Shown here: in pieces, positions 26,857 to 35,242 of the stretch
Layout of the letters: each line of letters starts with the position of its first letter
Numbering within the stretch: the stretch's first letter is position 1
DNA from: a virus
Lineage: Duplodnaviria; Caudoviricetes
Reading direction: 5' to 3' (one strand)
IMG/VR virus record: IMGVR_UViG_3300014202_001563
Location: 1 to 39,249 of that record
Length of the DNA: 39,249 nt
Translations under genes and position numbers: made by a program
Notes under the pieces: model-generated
What the model saw: only the letters and a program-made list of their open reading frames with translations
Database searches by the model: none
What the model was told of the DNA's origin: nothing

Positions 26857-28911
26857 TTATGCTGCTGCTGTTTGCTGTTGCTGATTTGCTGCCGGTTTCT
26901 TGCCGCTTTGTTCCTGTTGCATATCATACTGCTGCATCATCATTTGTAATTTCTGCATAAGTTCAGGCCGTTTAGCTAATTCACCGGCTAACTGCAATAT
27001 CTGATTTTCTTCACTAAGCAGCTTAAGAATTTCCTCTTTCTCATCACTCAAACCTACTGCATCATAGATCATCTGTTTTGGATAATCACCTTTTAAGTAC
27101 AGCTGCCATTTAACATTAAGATCCTGTTCCTTATCCTTGGCACTATCAAATTTGAACAATACCTTGATATTCAATCTATCATGCTCATCTAACGGATTGA
27201 TTATAGCCCTGAACTTGAATTTGAATTCCTCCGGGTTTCTTGTCATTGGAGCGATCACATGAACATCATTTTCCTCCTCAAACTTCTCAACAGTGATCTT
27301 ATTACGCTCCAGCAGATCCATGTACTCATCATGCCCCAGTGTAGCATTAAACGGAATGTAATAATCACTCTTGGTATTCTGATCCAGCAGTTGAATGTAA
27401 TGTTTATCCTCAAATTCTGTGGCTGCTATTTTGTAGATCAGTTTTGCCTCCTGGCTTGCTGCCCAGCTGTAATTTATATCCTTGTAGTTTGTAGGCCTCC
27501 TCTGTTCAGCTTGCAAAGAAAGTATGCTCTTTGTGCTTAATGCCTCTTTAGGATATTTACCCTCACTGGCATCAGTTATAAAACCGGCATCCATTAAATA
27601 CTGCTGTACTTTCATTATAAGAGGCTGTAAATCGTTTCCTAATCCCTCAACATTAAAATTGATGATCTGCTTTCTTATATCATCAGCATCAGCATTCTCA
27701 AATTCTAATGCACCGCCTGTTCTGATGAAATCTGTAATGGTATCAATACCATACTCATCAGAAAGAGTTTTAGCAACAAACAGTCTTAATTTGTTCCGCT
27801 GCCGAACATTATCTAACTGAACTGTATCCATGATATTGCTCAAATCCTGTAATACCCGGAAGAACTCAATATCGCTTAATGGATGTAACCGCAAATTACT
27901 GTGCTTATTGTAATACGGAGTTAAAGTGAACTGCTTGTAAGGATTTATTTCATGGTGTATTATTCCAATTGGCTTGTAATAAAGTGCCTTGAAGTAAACC
28001 ATTTCCTGATTGTTTACCATGCTGTCCTCATTACCGATCCTGTCCTTAACATCATAATGTGCAGCCATATCATATTTTGCAGGGAATACAATCCTGTATT
28101 GAATCTTGTAAACTGAACAATGAAGATCCTGTGCCTTTACAAACAGATCCTCATTAACGGAATGGTTCTCTCTCCATTCATTATCCGGAGTAACATCACC
28201 AGGATCGAAACCGGCCTTTTTACATAGCCTTTTAACCTCTGATATGGTTTCTTTCTTAAGATGAACAAAGTAATTGGCATCCTTGAAGTATTTTTTTGTA
28301 CTGTCCGGATCGATACCTACATCTTTTGGTGAAACCGTGTTCATTTCAATTGCACCACCCTGGGCAACAAGCCTTTCAGGATTGTAATCAATATCAGTGA
28401 AGTATAAGCCTAAAATATTAGTTTGCTCAATTGCAGGGATTCTGTAATCAGTCCACATGTTTTCATAATCATCCTCATCAATACCGGCTATATGATCTTC
28501 ATAGTATTCGAACATCCTTTTGATCTGTAATGTGATGTTCCTGTGTTTAGGGTTATTGCTGGCCTTGTTTACGGATATTGTTTTCTCTGCATCAGTGTAT
28601 TGACCGGTATAACGATCAATCATCTTTCTGCACATGTTGTTGATAACGAACATCTGATCATCATCATCTTTTTCCAGTGCATTTAATCCGTTCTTTGCCC
28701 TGAAATGAGCAACTATATCACCGCTAAACCCTGGAGGCACTTGATGTCCCTCATAATACAGAATATCATTGTCCCAGGTAGGTAACATCTTTTTTACTAC
28801 CTTAAAACTATCATCGATTTTAGCATCAAAATCAGTCTTTAACTGACTTTGTATTTCTGGCCTGATTAGATCCTTAAGGGATATTTGTCTTGGATCAGTA
28901 TATTCGTTCAT
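26857..28911 (-). CDS. Portal protein (P22/SU10-like)
   Basis: YYEGHQ, VINNMCRKMID, VSPKDVGIDP, Q-rich C-terminal tail; start moved to MNEY because the listed TTG lies inside the promoter element. Confidence 0.85.
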   Translation of the reverse strand: MNEYTDPRQISLKDLIRPEIQSQLKTDFDAKIDDSFKVVKKMLPTWDNDILYYEGHQVPPGFSGDIVAHFRAKNGLNALEKDDDDQMFVINNMCRKMIDRYTGQYTDAEKTISVNKASNNPKHRNITLQIKRMFEYYEDHIAGIDEDDYENMWTDYRIPAIEQTNILGLYFTDIDYNPERLVAQGGAIEMNTVSPKDVGIDPDSTKKYFKDANYFVHLKKETISEVKRLCKKAGFDPGDVTPDNEWRENHSVNEDLFVKAQDLHCSVYKIQYRIVFPAKYDMAAHYDVKDRIGNEDSMVNNQEMVYFKALYYKPIGIIHHEINPYKQFTLTPYYNKHSNLRLHPLSDIEFFRVLQDLSNIMDTVQLDNVRQRNKLRLFVAKTLSDEYGIDTITDFIRTGGALEFENADADDIRKQIINFNVEGLGNDLQPLIMKVQQYLMDAGFITDASEGKYPKEALSTKSILSLQAEQRRPTNYKDINYSWAASQEAKLIYKIAATEFEDKHYIQLLDQNTKSDYYIPFNATLGHDEYMDLLERNKITVEKFEEENDVHVIAPMTRNPEEFKFKFRAIINPLDEHDRLNIKVLFKFDSAKDKEQDLNVKWQLYLKGDYPKQMIYDAVGLSDEKEEILKLLSEENQILQLAGELAKRPELMQKLQMMMQQYDMQQEQSGKKPAANQQQQTAAA

Positions 28912-28923
28912 TAATTCCACATG

Positions 28924-28968
28924 CAAAAATATGGAATTAAAATATGTTATTTACAGTGAGAGTATTTT
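28924..28968 (-). promoter_or_regulatory. Late promoter copy 1: 22-bp box plus TAnnTTTG element
   Basis: Minus strand AAAATACTCTCACTGTAAATAA (28968-28947), 15-nt spacer, TATTTTTG (28931-28924), 12 nt before portal ATG. Confidence 0.8.
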
Positions 28969-29278
28969 ACAATTCCGGAAAAAGAGTGATTTCCCTCATT
29001 TCACGTGCAACAACACCACACTCAATCAGTGGCTTTACTTTGGGTTTACGCTTTACTGCAAATCTATCTGGTGTAAGTTTTTCCCAGTTATCAATTTGCC
29101 TACGGTATTTATAAACCAGCTGGTTTAATACTAATTTCTGCCTCCGGGATAACTGGTACAGGCTATTGGTGTATGATATACTAACCATATCCGCAATGAA
29201 TTTCTTAGTGAAATCAGCCCCATAAGGCAAGTTCACAAACTCTAATGCTTTTATCTGATTTACCTCATTTTTACTCAT
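28967..29278 (-). CDS. Hypothetical phage protein
   Basis: 103 aa, GGAG SD; LSRRQ..L..LVYKYRRQI helical motif. Confidence 0.65.
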   Translation of the reverse strand: MSKNEVNQIKALEFVNLPYGADFTKKFIADMVSISYTNSLYQLSRRQKLVLNQLVYKYRRQIDNWEKLTPDRFAVKRKPKVKPLIECGVVAREMREITLFPEL

Positions 29279-29299
29279 TTTAGCTCCGTTATTTTACCG

Positions 29300-29707
29300 T
29301 TATTTCAATCTATGATTCAAGATTTTTCTATATCTTTGCTTTAATACAGATGGATACTTTTTTGAAGTTCCGAAAAGCGTAACCACTTCATTACTCCTAT
29401 TGATTTTATCTGTTGAATTCCACTTCTCACCACCCATATTTACACCGCTTGCACAAGCCCCATACAATTTACTACAACCATTTTTAATTCCATCCATAAC
29501 ACAAACTCTCGAAACCTCTAAAACTAACCCATTATCTAACCTCCTCGAAACAGGCCTGCCGCAAATTGCAACGCCTACACACACATCTTTTTCATATAAC
29601 GAAATAGCAAATTTATACCCCTGTACTTTCTTATGATGCCTATGGAAACGCTCAACAAATGAACATGCGGCACGTAAAGAAATTGGCCTTATTTCAAAAC
29701 GGCTCAT
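29300..29707 (-). CDS. XF1762-family (Mom-like GNAT fold) protein, apparently with internal in-frame deletion
   Basis: FVERFHRHH, GVAICGRPVSRRLD, LEVSRVC, NGCSKLYGAC; expected GY..I.TY.L..E.G segment absent. Confidence 0.75.
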   Translation of the reverse strand: MSRFEIRPISLRAACSFVERFHRHHKKVQGYKFAISLYEKDVCVGVAICGRPVSRRLDNGLVLEVSRVCVMDGIKNGCSKLYGACASGVNMGGEKWNSTDKINRSNEVVTLFGTSKKYPSVLKQRYRKILNHRLK

Positions 29708-30051
29708 ATCCCATCAACCGGCTCTCTAACACTCGAAAACATCTTTCCATCTGGCCTGTTTTCCTCGAAACTCCTTAACCCATCCAATGCACTTTTTAAG
29801 CTATCTGGGATGATCTGTACAGGCTTTTCCTCTTGAACAAACTCCGTTATTGGCCGATTCATCCAGGTACATACCAGCATAATTGTATCTATATCAGATT
29901 TATCACACCGCAATAACCGGCTCAATGTTGAGGCTGATATACCGGCAAGTTTACCGATCTCTCTCAATCCCAGGTTTCTCTCTGCTTGTTTCTGCAAATT
30001 ACACCTGGTTTCAATTATCGCTGCCTTAAACAACTCTTTGTCAAATTTCAT
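29704..30051 (-). CDS. XRE/Cro-CI-type HTH regulator
   Basis: LGLREIGKLAGISASTLSRL..DIDTIMLVCTWM. Confidence 0.85.
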   Translation of the reverse strand: MKFDKELFKAAIIETRCNLQKQAERNLGLREIGKLAGISASTLSRLLRCDKSDIDTIMLVCTWMNRPITEFVQEEKPVQIIPDSLKSALDGLRSFEENRPDGKMFSSVREPVDGI

Positions 30052-30053
30052 AA

Positions 30054-30944
30054 TTATTCACAAATATGATAAACTGATTGACACTGGGGAATACCCCACA
30101 ATGTTGGTGGATTTTTCATCTGAACATACTTTACAACATCTTCCATTACCGGAGCTTTACCTGGTGTACCATCTTTACGAAATACTGGCTTGCTACAATA
30201 TCGCTCCGGAATGTAATCCATAGGAAAGAATGTTGTATCATTCTCTTTTTCGTATTCGGCAATCTCTAATAATCGATCCGGATCCTGTTGAGAAATCAAT
30301 AAAACCTCCCCTAATTGACACATTATACAAGGATAGCAGCCTACCCTGGAATAGCCTTTGTAATACAATGGATTTATACGCTGCCCAGCCTCAAGACAAT
30401 AACTGATCACTTCTTTAGCAGTCCAATCAAATACTGGTCTTATAACTGTTGTAGTATATATTTCTGAATGATACTTTACTTCAAGTTTCCTGTATTTCTG
30501 AAATTTTGGTTTACCTTTTTTATCAACACCATAAGGCTCAAAGTAATACCTGAAATAGTTATCAACCTTATTCATCAATGCTCTTTGTTTGCTTTCATCT
30601 GCCCTCACACCCTGATAAATGACAACATTTGAACTAAGAGATAATATATAATCAAGCATAGGTTCAAACTTCAATTTCTCTGTACAAAATCTACTCATTG
30701 TTGATGGAAATCTACCTTTTTTTCTTACAAGATCAATCATTCCGTAATACTTCTTACTGGTTAAAACAATGATCTCAATCTTATTTACTTCTTGCAGGTA
30801 TAATAAATGCTGATACGTTACATCTTTTTCCCAATCAGTATCACAAAACACATACAAGATAATACCGGTAAGATGTCTTTTAGCCCAGATCACTGTGGCC
30901 TGACTATCTTTTCCACCACTAACAGGTACTATATGGATTATCAT
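30054..30944 (-). CDS. PAPS reductase / DndC-like PP-loop protein
   Basis: SGGKDS, FCDT, RFCTEKLK, GVRADES..R, RVGCYPC. Confidence 0.9.
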   Translation of the reverse strand: MIIHIVPVSGGKDSQATVIWAKRHLTGIILYVFCDTDWEKDVTYQHLLYLQEVNKIEIIVLTSKKYYGMIDLVRKKGRFPSTMSRFCTEKLKFEPMLDYILSLSSNVVIYQGVRADESKQRALMNKVDNYFRYYFEPYGVDKKGKPKFQKYRKLEVKYHSEIYTTTVIRPVFDWTAKEVISYCLEAGQRINPLYYKGYSRVGCYPCIMCQLGEVLLISQQDPDRLLEIAEYEKENDTTFFPMDYIPERYCSKPVFRKDGTPGKAPVMEDVVKYVQMKNPPTLWGIPQCQSVYHICE

Positions 30945-32410
30945 ACAATCGATCTCCTCCTCCTGTTGGCTAATCTTTGTTTGATTTCCTCATCTTTATC
31001 ACTGGTTCTCTTGAAAGGCTGCCTAAACCCTACTATTGCGTTCCTACCGGCCTCATACCAGTGATCATCATCAGTATCCTGATCAATATCATCCTCATAA
31101 ACCGGATCACGCCTCAAATATGGCATTGTTTCTACCAGCTTCGGGCATCTGCCCCGGAAGATGTAAAACTTCGGTTTCCTCGTAAAGATATCTTCACCGG
31201 CTGCATTCAGCGTTCTATCCCACATCATCAAGTCCTGTATATGCTTTCCAGTCCATACCCTGAAATTCATATCTTCGCTCTTTACCTTGCTAACCGGAGC
31301 TATTTTCATTCCCATTGCCTCGAACTTGGCTGCTGGAGCTATTTTAACATCAAGTAATTTGTTCTTAGCCCATAATGTTACATCCCACCTGGTAATCACA
31401 TCCAGATCACCCAGCCTTTCAAGAAACTTGTAACAGCTTTGTGCCGCTGCTGTTGTTCCGGCCCCACCATCAGTTGTATGTTCAGCGTAAAAGAAATAAT
31501 CACCATCAGAACTCCTGGCTACCATTTCCATACAAGTTACATTGCCGTAATCGCCTCCACCCTGCTTTTTCCAGTCATCAGGTATATCAAATGGCTCTAT
31601 CACGTGAACTTCTATGTTCCACATACTGAAATACTGCCCCTCATGTGTATCCCAGTTGCCCTCAAAATACCTGGCTCTATCAGCTGCCGGTAACTTCGAT
31701 AACCTATCAACGATCCCCGGATCCCTTTCGATCAGTAATTTATTATCGAATACATTTGCCGGTATAAATAATACTTTATGCGGTTCATAAGGATTCTGTA
31801 AATTAACAAGTTTTGGAAACTTCACATTAAAATCCTTGTCAATGAAATAACTTTTTAATGCCCTGGTACTATCAACCGCTGCTGATGGATCACCTGGATT
31901 AGTTGTAAGCATCATAAACGGAGTGAAACCTTTTATACTTGCCGCAAGCCTTGATCTCAACAGCAATATCAGTTCCATACTCACCGTTACAGCCTCATCT
32001 ACACCGATAATATCATACTCATTACCCAGCCTGTTCCGGAACTCTGCCCTGGTTTGTCCGTATGCAAATCTTAAAATACTATTGGTACAGTACGTGATCC
32101 TGTATTTCTGTCCGTTATACGTGTACCACTCATCCGGAAGATCATATTCCAGTTTTTCTATATGGTTTTCCTCCAGCTGCCCCAGGGTATTCCTTATCAG
32201 CAGCATTTTAAGCCCCTGAAACTGCAAACCAAAATAATGCATGGTAAACCTCAAACTATGGCTCTTGCCGCCTTTAGCTGCCCCTCCATACATGAATTCA
32301 GTTATCCCGGTTTCATCACGCCTAAGTACAGCATCATGGAAAAATGTTTGCTTTTCCTGGCTCTCATACCAGATCTTACCCGAACTATCCTTTATTACTA
32401 ATGGCTGCAT
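30941..32410 (-). CDS. terL: Terminase large subunit
   Basis: YGGAAKGGKS Walker A, IGVDEA Walker B, TTNPG coupling motif, GGDYG and DDHWYEA nuclease motifs. Confidence 0.93.
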   Translation of the reverse strand: MQPLVIKDSSGKIWYESQEKQTFFHDAVLRRDETGITEFMYGGAAKGGKSHSLRFTMHYFGLQFQGLKMLLIRNTLGQLEENHIEKLEYDLPDEWYTYNGQKYRITYCTNSILRFAYGQTRAEFRNRLGNEYDIIGVDEAVTVSMELILLLRSRLAASIKGFTPFMMLTTNPGDPSAAVDSTRALKSYFIDKDFNVKFPKLVNLQNPYEPHKVLFIPANVFDNKLLIERDPGIVDRLSKLPAADRARYFEGNWDTHEGQYFSMWNIEVHVIEPFDIPDDWKKQGGGDYGNVTCMEMVARSSDGDYFFYAEHTTDGGAGTTAAAQSCYKFLERLGDLDVITRWDVTLWAKNKLLDVKIAPAAKFEAMGMKIAPVSKVKSEDMNFRVWTGKHIQDLMMWDRTLNAAGEDIFTRKPKFYIFRGRCPKLVETMPYLRRDPVYEDDIDQDTDDDHWYEAGRNAIVGFRQPFKRTSDKDEEIKQRLANRRRRSIV

Positions 32411-32825
32411 TTTCTTTTACTGGATTTGAAATAACTGGTAAATTTTTCACTTCTTTGCTTTTATCTAAATATGGATTATCTGGCGCTGATGGAGCGAATA
32501 AATTGATCTGTAATCCCTTGGCCCCGGCATCCTGTAATTCATTCTGCTTTGCTGCTTTCATAAATGGCAATAGCTCAAGTGCAAGTTTAAGCCTCACCTT
32601 GGGATCATCATGTGATAAACCATCATAAGCAATCACCGTATATACATATTTTTCAATGTCCTCCCAGCTTTGAACTGTTAATTCATTGTTAGCTATCTTC
32701 TGCATAATACCCCGAACAGCAGTTTTTATCGCTGTTGTTTTATTCAACGTGCCTTTACCTCTGCCTTGACCGGCCTTATTGCCTGGCTTAAATTTTGAAT
32801 CTTTCTTCACACCATTTTCGGGCAT
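32385..32825 (-). CDS. terS: Terminase small subunit
   Basis: FKPGNKAGQGRGKGTLNK motif; overlaps terL start. Confidence 0.7.
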   Translation of the reverse strand: MPENGVKKDSKFKPGNKAGQGRGKGTLNKTTAIKTAVRGIMQKIANNELTVQSWEDIEKYVYTVIAYDGLSHDDPKVRLKLALELLPFMKAAKQNELQDAGAKGLQINLFAPSAPDNPYLDKSKEVKNLPVISNPVKENAAISNKG

Positions 32826-33039
32826 AGTAATTCCTCTTTTTAATTATTTCTTTAACATTGTTCAGCATTGCTTTTTTATCTATCCGGAGTAGCAGTCCTC
32901 CATCAAATGTTTCAAGATCCTTTTTCAGCAGCTTCAATTCATCAGTTGTCATATTTCCTAAACCTACAAGCACTTCCGAAAGTACACGGTTCTCCGCTAC
33001 CTTGTGATTTTTATGCCAGTATAAGATCACCTTTTTCAT
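32788..33039 (-). CDS. Hypothetical protein
   Basis: 83-aa ORF filling the gap between HTH gene and terS. Confidence 0.55.
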   Translation of the reverse strand: MKKVILYWHKNHKVAENRVLSEVLVGLGNMTTDELKLLKKDLETFDGGLLLRIDKKAMLNNVKEIIKKRNYYARKWCEERFKI

Positions 33040-33040
33040 T

Positions 33041-33304
33041 TCAGAATTGCTTATCCTTGGTTTTACTTCTCAATTCGTAACTTAAATTTTGCCTTTTTAT
33101 GATCTTCTTTTCCAAACAATATACCACAAGCCCTAACCGGCTTTTAACATTTACTGCCCGGAGCATACGTGATACTGCGTTCTCTACCGATTTATACGGC
33201 AATCCTAACAGTTCCGCTATCTCTTTGCTTGATTGATCCTTGCAGATCAAAAATATAAGATCCCTCTGTTTATTTGTAGGTTTCCAGCTTCTTTTTGTCC
33301 TCAT
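33041..33304 (-). CDS. Stand-alone LuxR/GerE-type HTH regulator (candidate late activator)
   Basis: TNKQRDLIFLICKDQSSKEIAELLGLPYKSVEN...LNV-like VKSRLGLVVY pattern. Confidence 0.85.
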   Translation of the reverse strand: MRTKRSWKPTNKQRDLIFLICKDQSSKEIAELLGLPYKSVENAVSRMLRAVNVKSRLGLVVYCLEKKIIKRQNLSYELRSKTKDKQF

Positions 33305-33774
33305 TACAGCAACTCCCTCACCTGGATTGTATCATAAGCTATCATGTGATTATAACCCCTCCAGCGCCTTTCATAATTGAACTGTGTTATTGTGGCCGTA
33401 ATGTTCTGCGCTATGATCAGCAGCAGCATGTTATTCCGGAATATCATTGTTTTTTTCTTCATGGTAATAATGTCCTCCGCTGATGGTTTTGCATTATCCG
33501 ATACATGAAAATGCCAATCACCTATGTACTGAACTTTATTTTTTGTCTTGAAAAACAGCCATACCAGTATTTTCAAAAATCCCCTTTTTGCAAAGAACTT
33601 GAAATATTTTGTATGCTCATTCTTCATTCTGATTAAACTGGTTACTGTGATCTCATTCCCGATCCTTTCACCCAGGATGATACCACCCTCCTCATTTACA
33701 AACCGGTACCCGGCCTGAAAATAACAGTCAATCAGCTGTTGGATCATTCTTTGGTTTACATTTACTTTTTTCAT
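33304..33774 (-). CDS. JAB/MPN (JAMM) metalloprotease
   Basis: EEGGIILG and YIGDWHFHVSDNAKPSAED = E...HxH-x7-S-x2-D. Confidence 0.88.
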   Translation of the reverse strand: MKKVNVNQRMIQQLIDCYFQAGYRFVNEEGGIILGERIGNEITVTSLIRMKNEHTKYFKFFAKRGFLKILVWLFFKTKNKVQYIGDWHFHVSDNAKPSAEDIITMKKKTMIFRNNMLLLIIAQNITATITQFNYERRWRGYNHMIAYDTIQVRELL

Positions 33775-33898
33775 CTTCGATAATTCTTAATAATTTTATT
33801 GCCGCCTGATTTTTTGAGATATATGTCCTGTGAAACTCATCAAGTATTTTATCGATCTTAACCAATACATCACTTTCGATCTTTACAACTGTTATCAT
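33728..33898 (-). CDS. Small hypothetical protein (56 aa, not in ORF track)
   Basis: MITVVKIESDVLVKIDKILDEF...; ATGA overlap with upstream ORF. Confidence 0.55.
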   Translation of the reverse strand: MITVVKIESDVLVKIDKILDEFHRTYISKNQAAIKLLRIIEDEKSKCKPKNDPTAD

Positions 33899-34059
33899 TT
33901 GATGATCCGGATAAGCTCTCTCCAGTACTTCTTTCTCTCATCCCTGGCAAGACCGGCCTTTTTCAGTTCCGCATCAACATCTTTCACATCACGGCAAATT
34001 CTCTTGATCTTCTGGCTAATATGAAAATTAGCTATCTTTGTTTTCAAGCCTTGCAGCAT
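33895..34059 (-). CDS. Small basic hypothetical protein (54 aa, not in ORF track)
   Basis: MLQGLKTKIANFHISQKIKRICRDV...; fills gap, GGAG-like site upstream. Confidence 0.55.
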   Translation of the reverse strand: MLQGLKTKIANFHISQKIKRICRDVKDVDAELKKAGLARDERKKYWRELIRIIK

Positions 34060-34240
34060 CACCCAGATCCTCCTTATTATTAAATGCTTTTTCTAAATGA
34101 CAAGTGTAAAACTCAACATAAGCATCAGTGTAACCGGTATAATAATCATAAGTATCATCAGCTTTGCTTTTATCATAAAACCAAAAACTTTCCGGCTCTG
34201 CCCCTGGTATATTTATAACCAGTATTAAATATCGTATCAT
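34028..34240 (-). CDS. Hypothetical protein
   Basis: 70 aa, ATGA-coupled. Confidence 0.6.
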   Translation of the reverse strand: MIRYLILVINIPGAEPESFWFYDKSKADDTYDYYTGYTDAYVEFYTCHLEKAFNNKEDLGDAARLENKDS

Positions 34241-34617
34241 ATTTCAAACAGCCTCTCCAATTGCTGCTTTCTTCTGTCCGTTCCACGTTCCCATAGCCTA
34301 CGGTTCCTGATTGTCATTACAATGCTCTCATTGAATTTTTTCCACTCACTTTTTTCCAGCGTATTTAATTTCCGCTGCCATAAATCATACTCCACCTTGG
34401 TAAAAAACTCACCCAGATCAACATTGTAAAACTCCGGGTACATGGTTTTCATCAGTGATTCCAGACCTATGGTTTCGTGTTTACCATCTTCACATATCGT
34501 AACCGTGTTATTTAACTTTGCCTTGTTATTCCGCTTAAATGTCGATACGATCCTGAATACATCACCAAATTCAGATAAGAAATATTTATTCTTACCCTTT
34601 ATCTTTCTTAGTTGCAT
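34237..34617 (-). CDS. NUMOD4-like domain protein, no HNH motif
   Basis: KIKGKNKYFLSEFGDVFR..TVTICEDGK resembles the NUMOD4 pattern. Confidence 0.45.
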   Translation of the reverse strand: MQLRKIKGKNKYFLSEFGDVFRIVSTFKRNNKAKLNNTVTICEDGKHETIGLESLMKTMYPEFYNVDLGEFFTKVEYDLWQRKLNTLEKSEWKKFNESIVMTIRNRRLWERGTDRRKQQLERLFEI

Positions 34618-35185
34618 AGTAGTAGTAATTGTTTTTAATTTTAGAAATATCGATCACTTCAATTTTATCAAACTTTGATTTGATCCCCGTTTTATCACCG
34701 AATTCCTTTTTTGCGGCCTTTTCATCAGCTGCATGTATTACCGCTACCTGCCCGATCTTTGCGAATGTCTTTTCAAAATCATAGATCACCAGGAACATTT
34801 TAAGTTCAGGCTCATCACTTACCGGCCTGTATATCTTGGCAAATATATCCGGCTTGTAGGAATAGAATTCACCATTAACACCCTTTACGATATAGTCACC
34901 CTCTGGCACATTCCCCACTAAACCATTACTATGCAACGATAATTTTTGCTCCTGTGGATGAAACTCCAGCCAAGATTTTGAATCTTTATCAATCGGAAAG
35001 GATCTGACTAAATCTGCCCCGGTATGAGGATTGAATTTTGCAGCCTCGATCACTACCGGTAAGTTTACATATTTATGCTTCCGGTCAATATGTATTTCCT
35101 TAATTTCTAACGAAACTACACCTGTTTGTTTCTTTGATCCTCTTTTGCTGCCGGGCCGCCCTTTTGATAAACTGTCTTTTTTCAT
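34592..35185 (-). CDS. Conserved phage protein with GDYIVKG..GEFY..KPDIF domain plus extensions
   Basis: VIEAAKF...EGDYIVKGVNGEFYSYKPDIFAKIY; SD AAGGAG. Confidence 0.7.
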   Translation of the reverse strand: MKKDSLSKGRPGSKRGSKKQTGVVSLEIKEIHIDRKHKYVNLPVVIEAAKFNPHTGADLVRSFPIDKDSKSWLEFHPQEQKLSLHSNGLVGNVPEGDYIVKGVNGEFYSYKPDIFAKIYRPVSDEPELKMFLVIYDFEKTFAKIGQVAVIHAADEKAAKKEFGDKTGIKSKFDKIEVIDISKIKNNYYYYATKKDKG

Positions 35186-35242
35186 GCTGTTCTCCTTTTA
35201 GATATGTTAAATTATTGAATGATACTAATTTGCTTTTCCTTT

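Noticed and set aside
28912-28926. Listed portal start MHVEL (TTG at 28926)
   Set aside because: The TTG is part of the TATTTTTG promoter element; ATG at 28911 fits better
34237-34617. HNH homing endonuclease
   Set aside because: Only a degenerate NUMOD4-like start; no HNH catalytic residues
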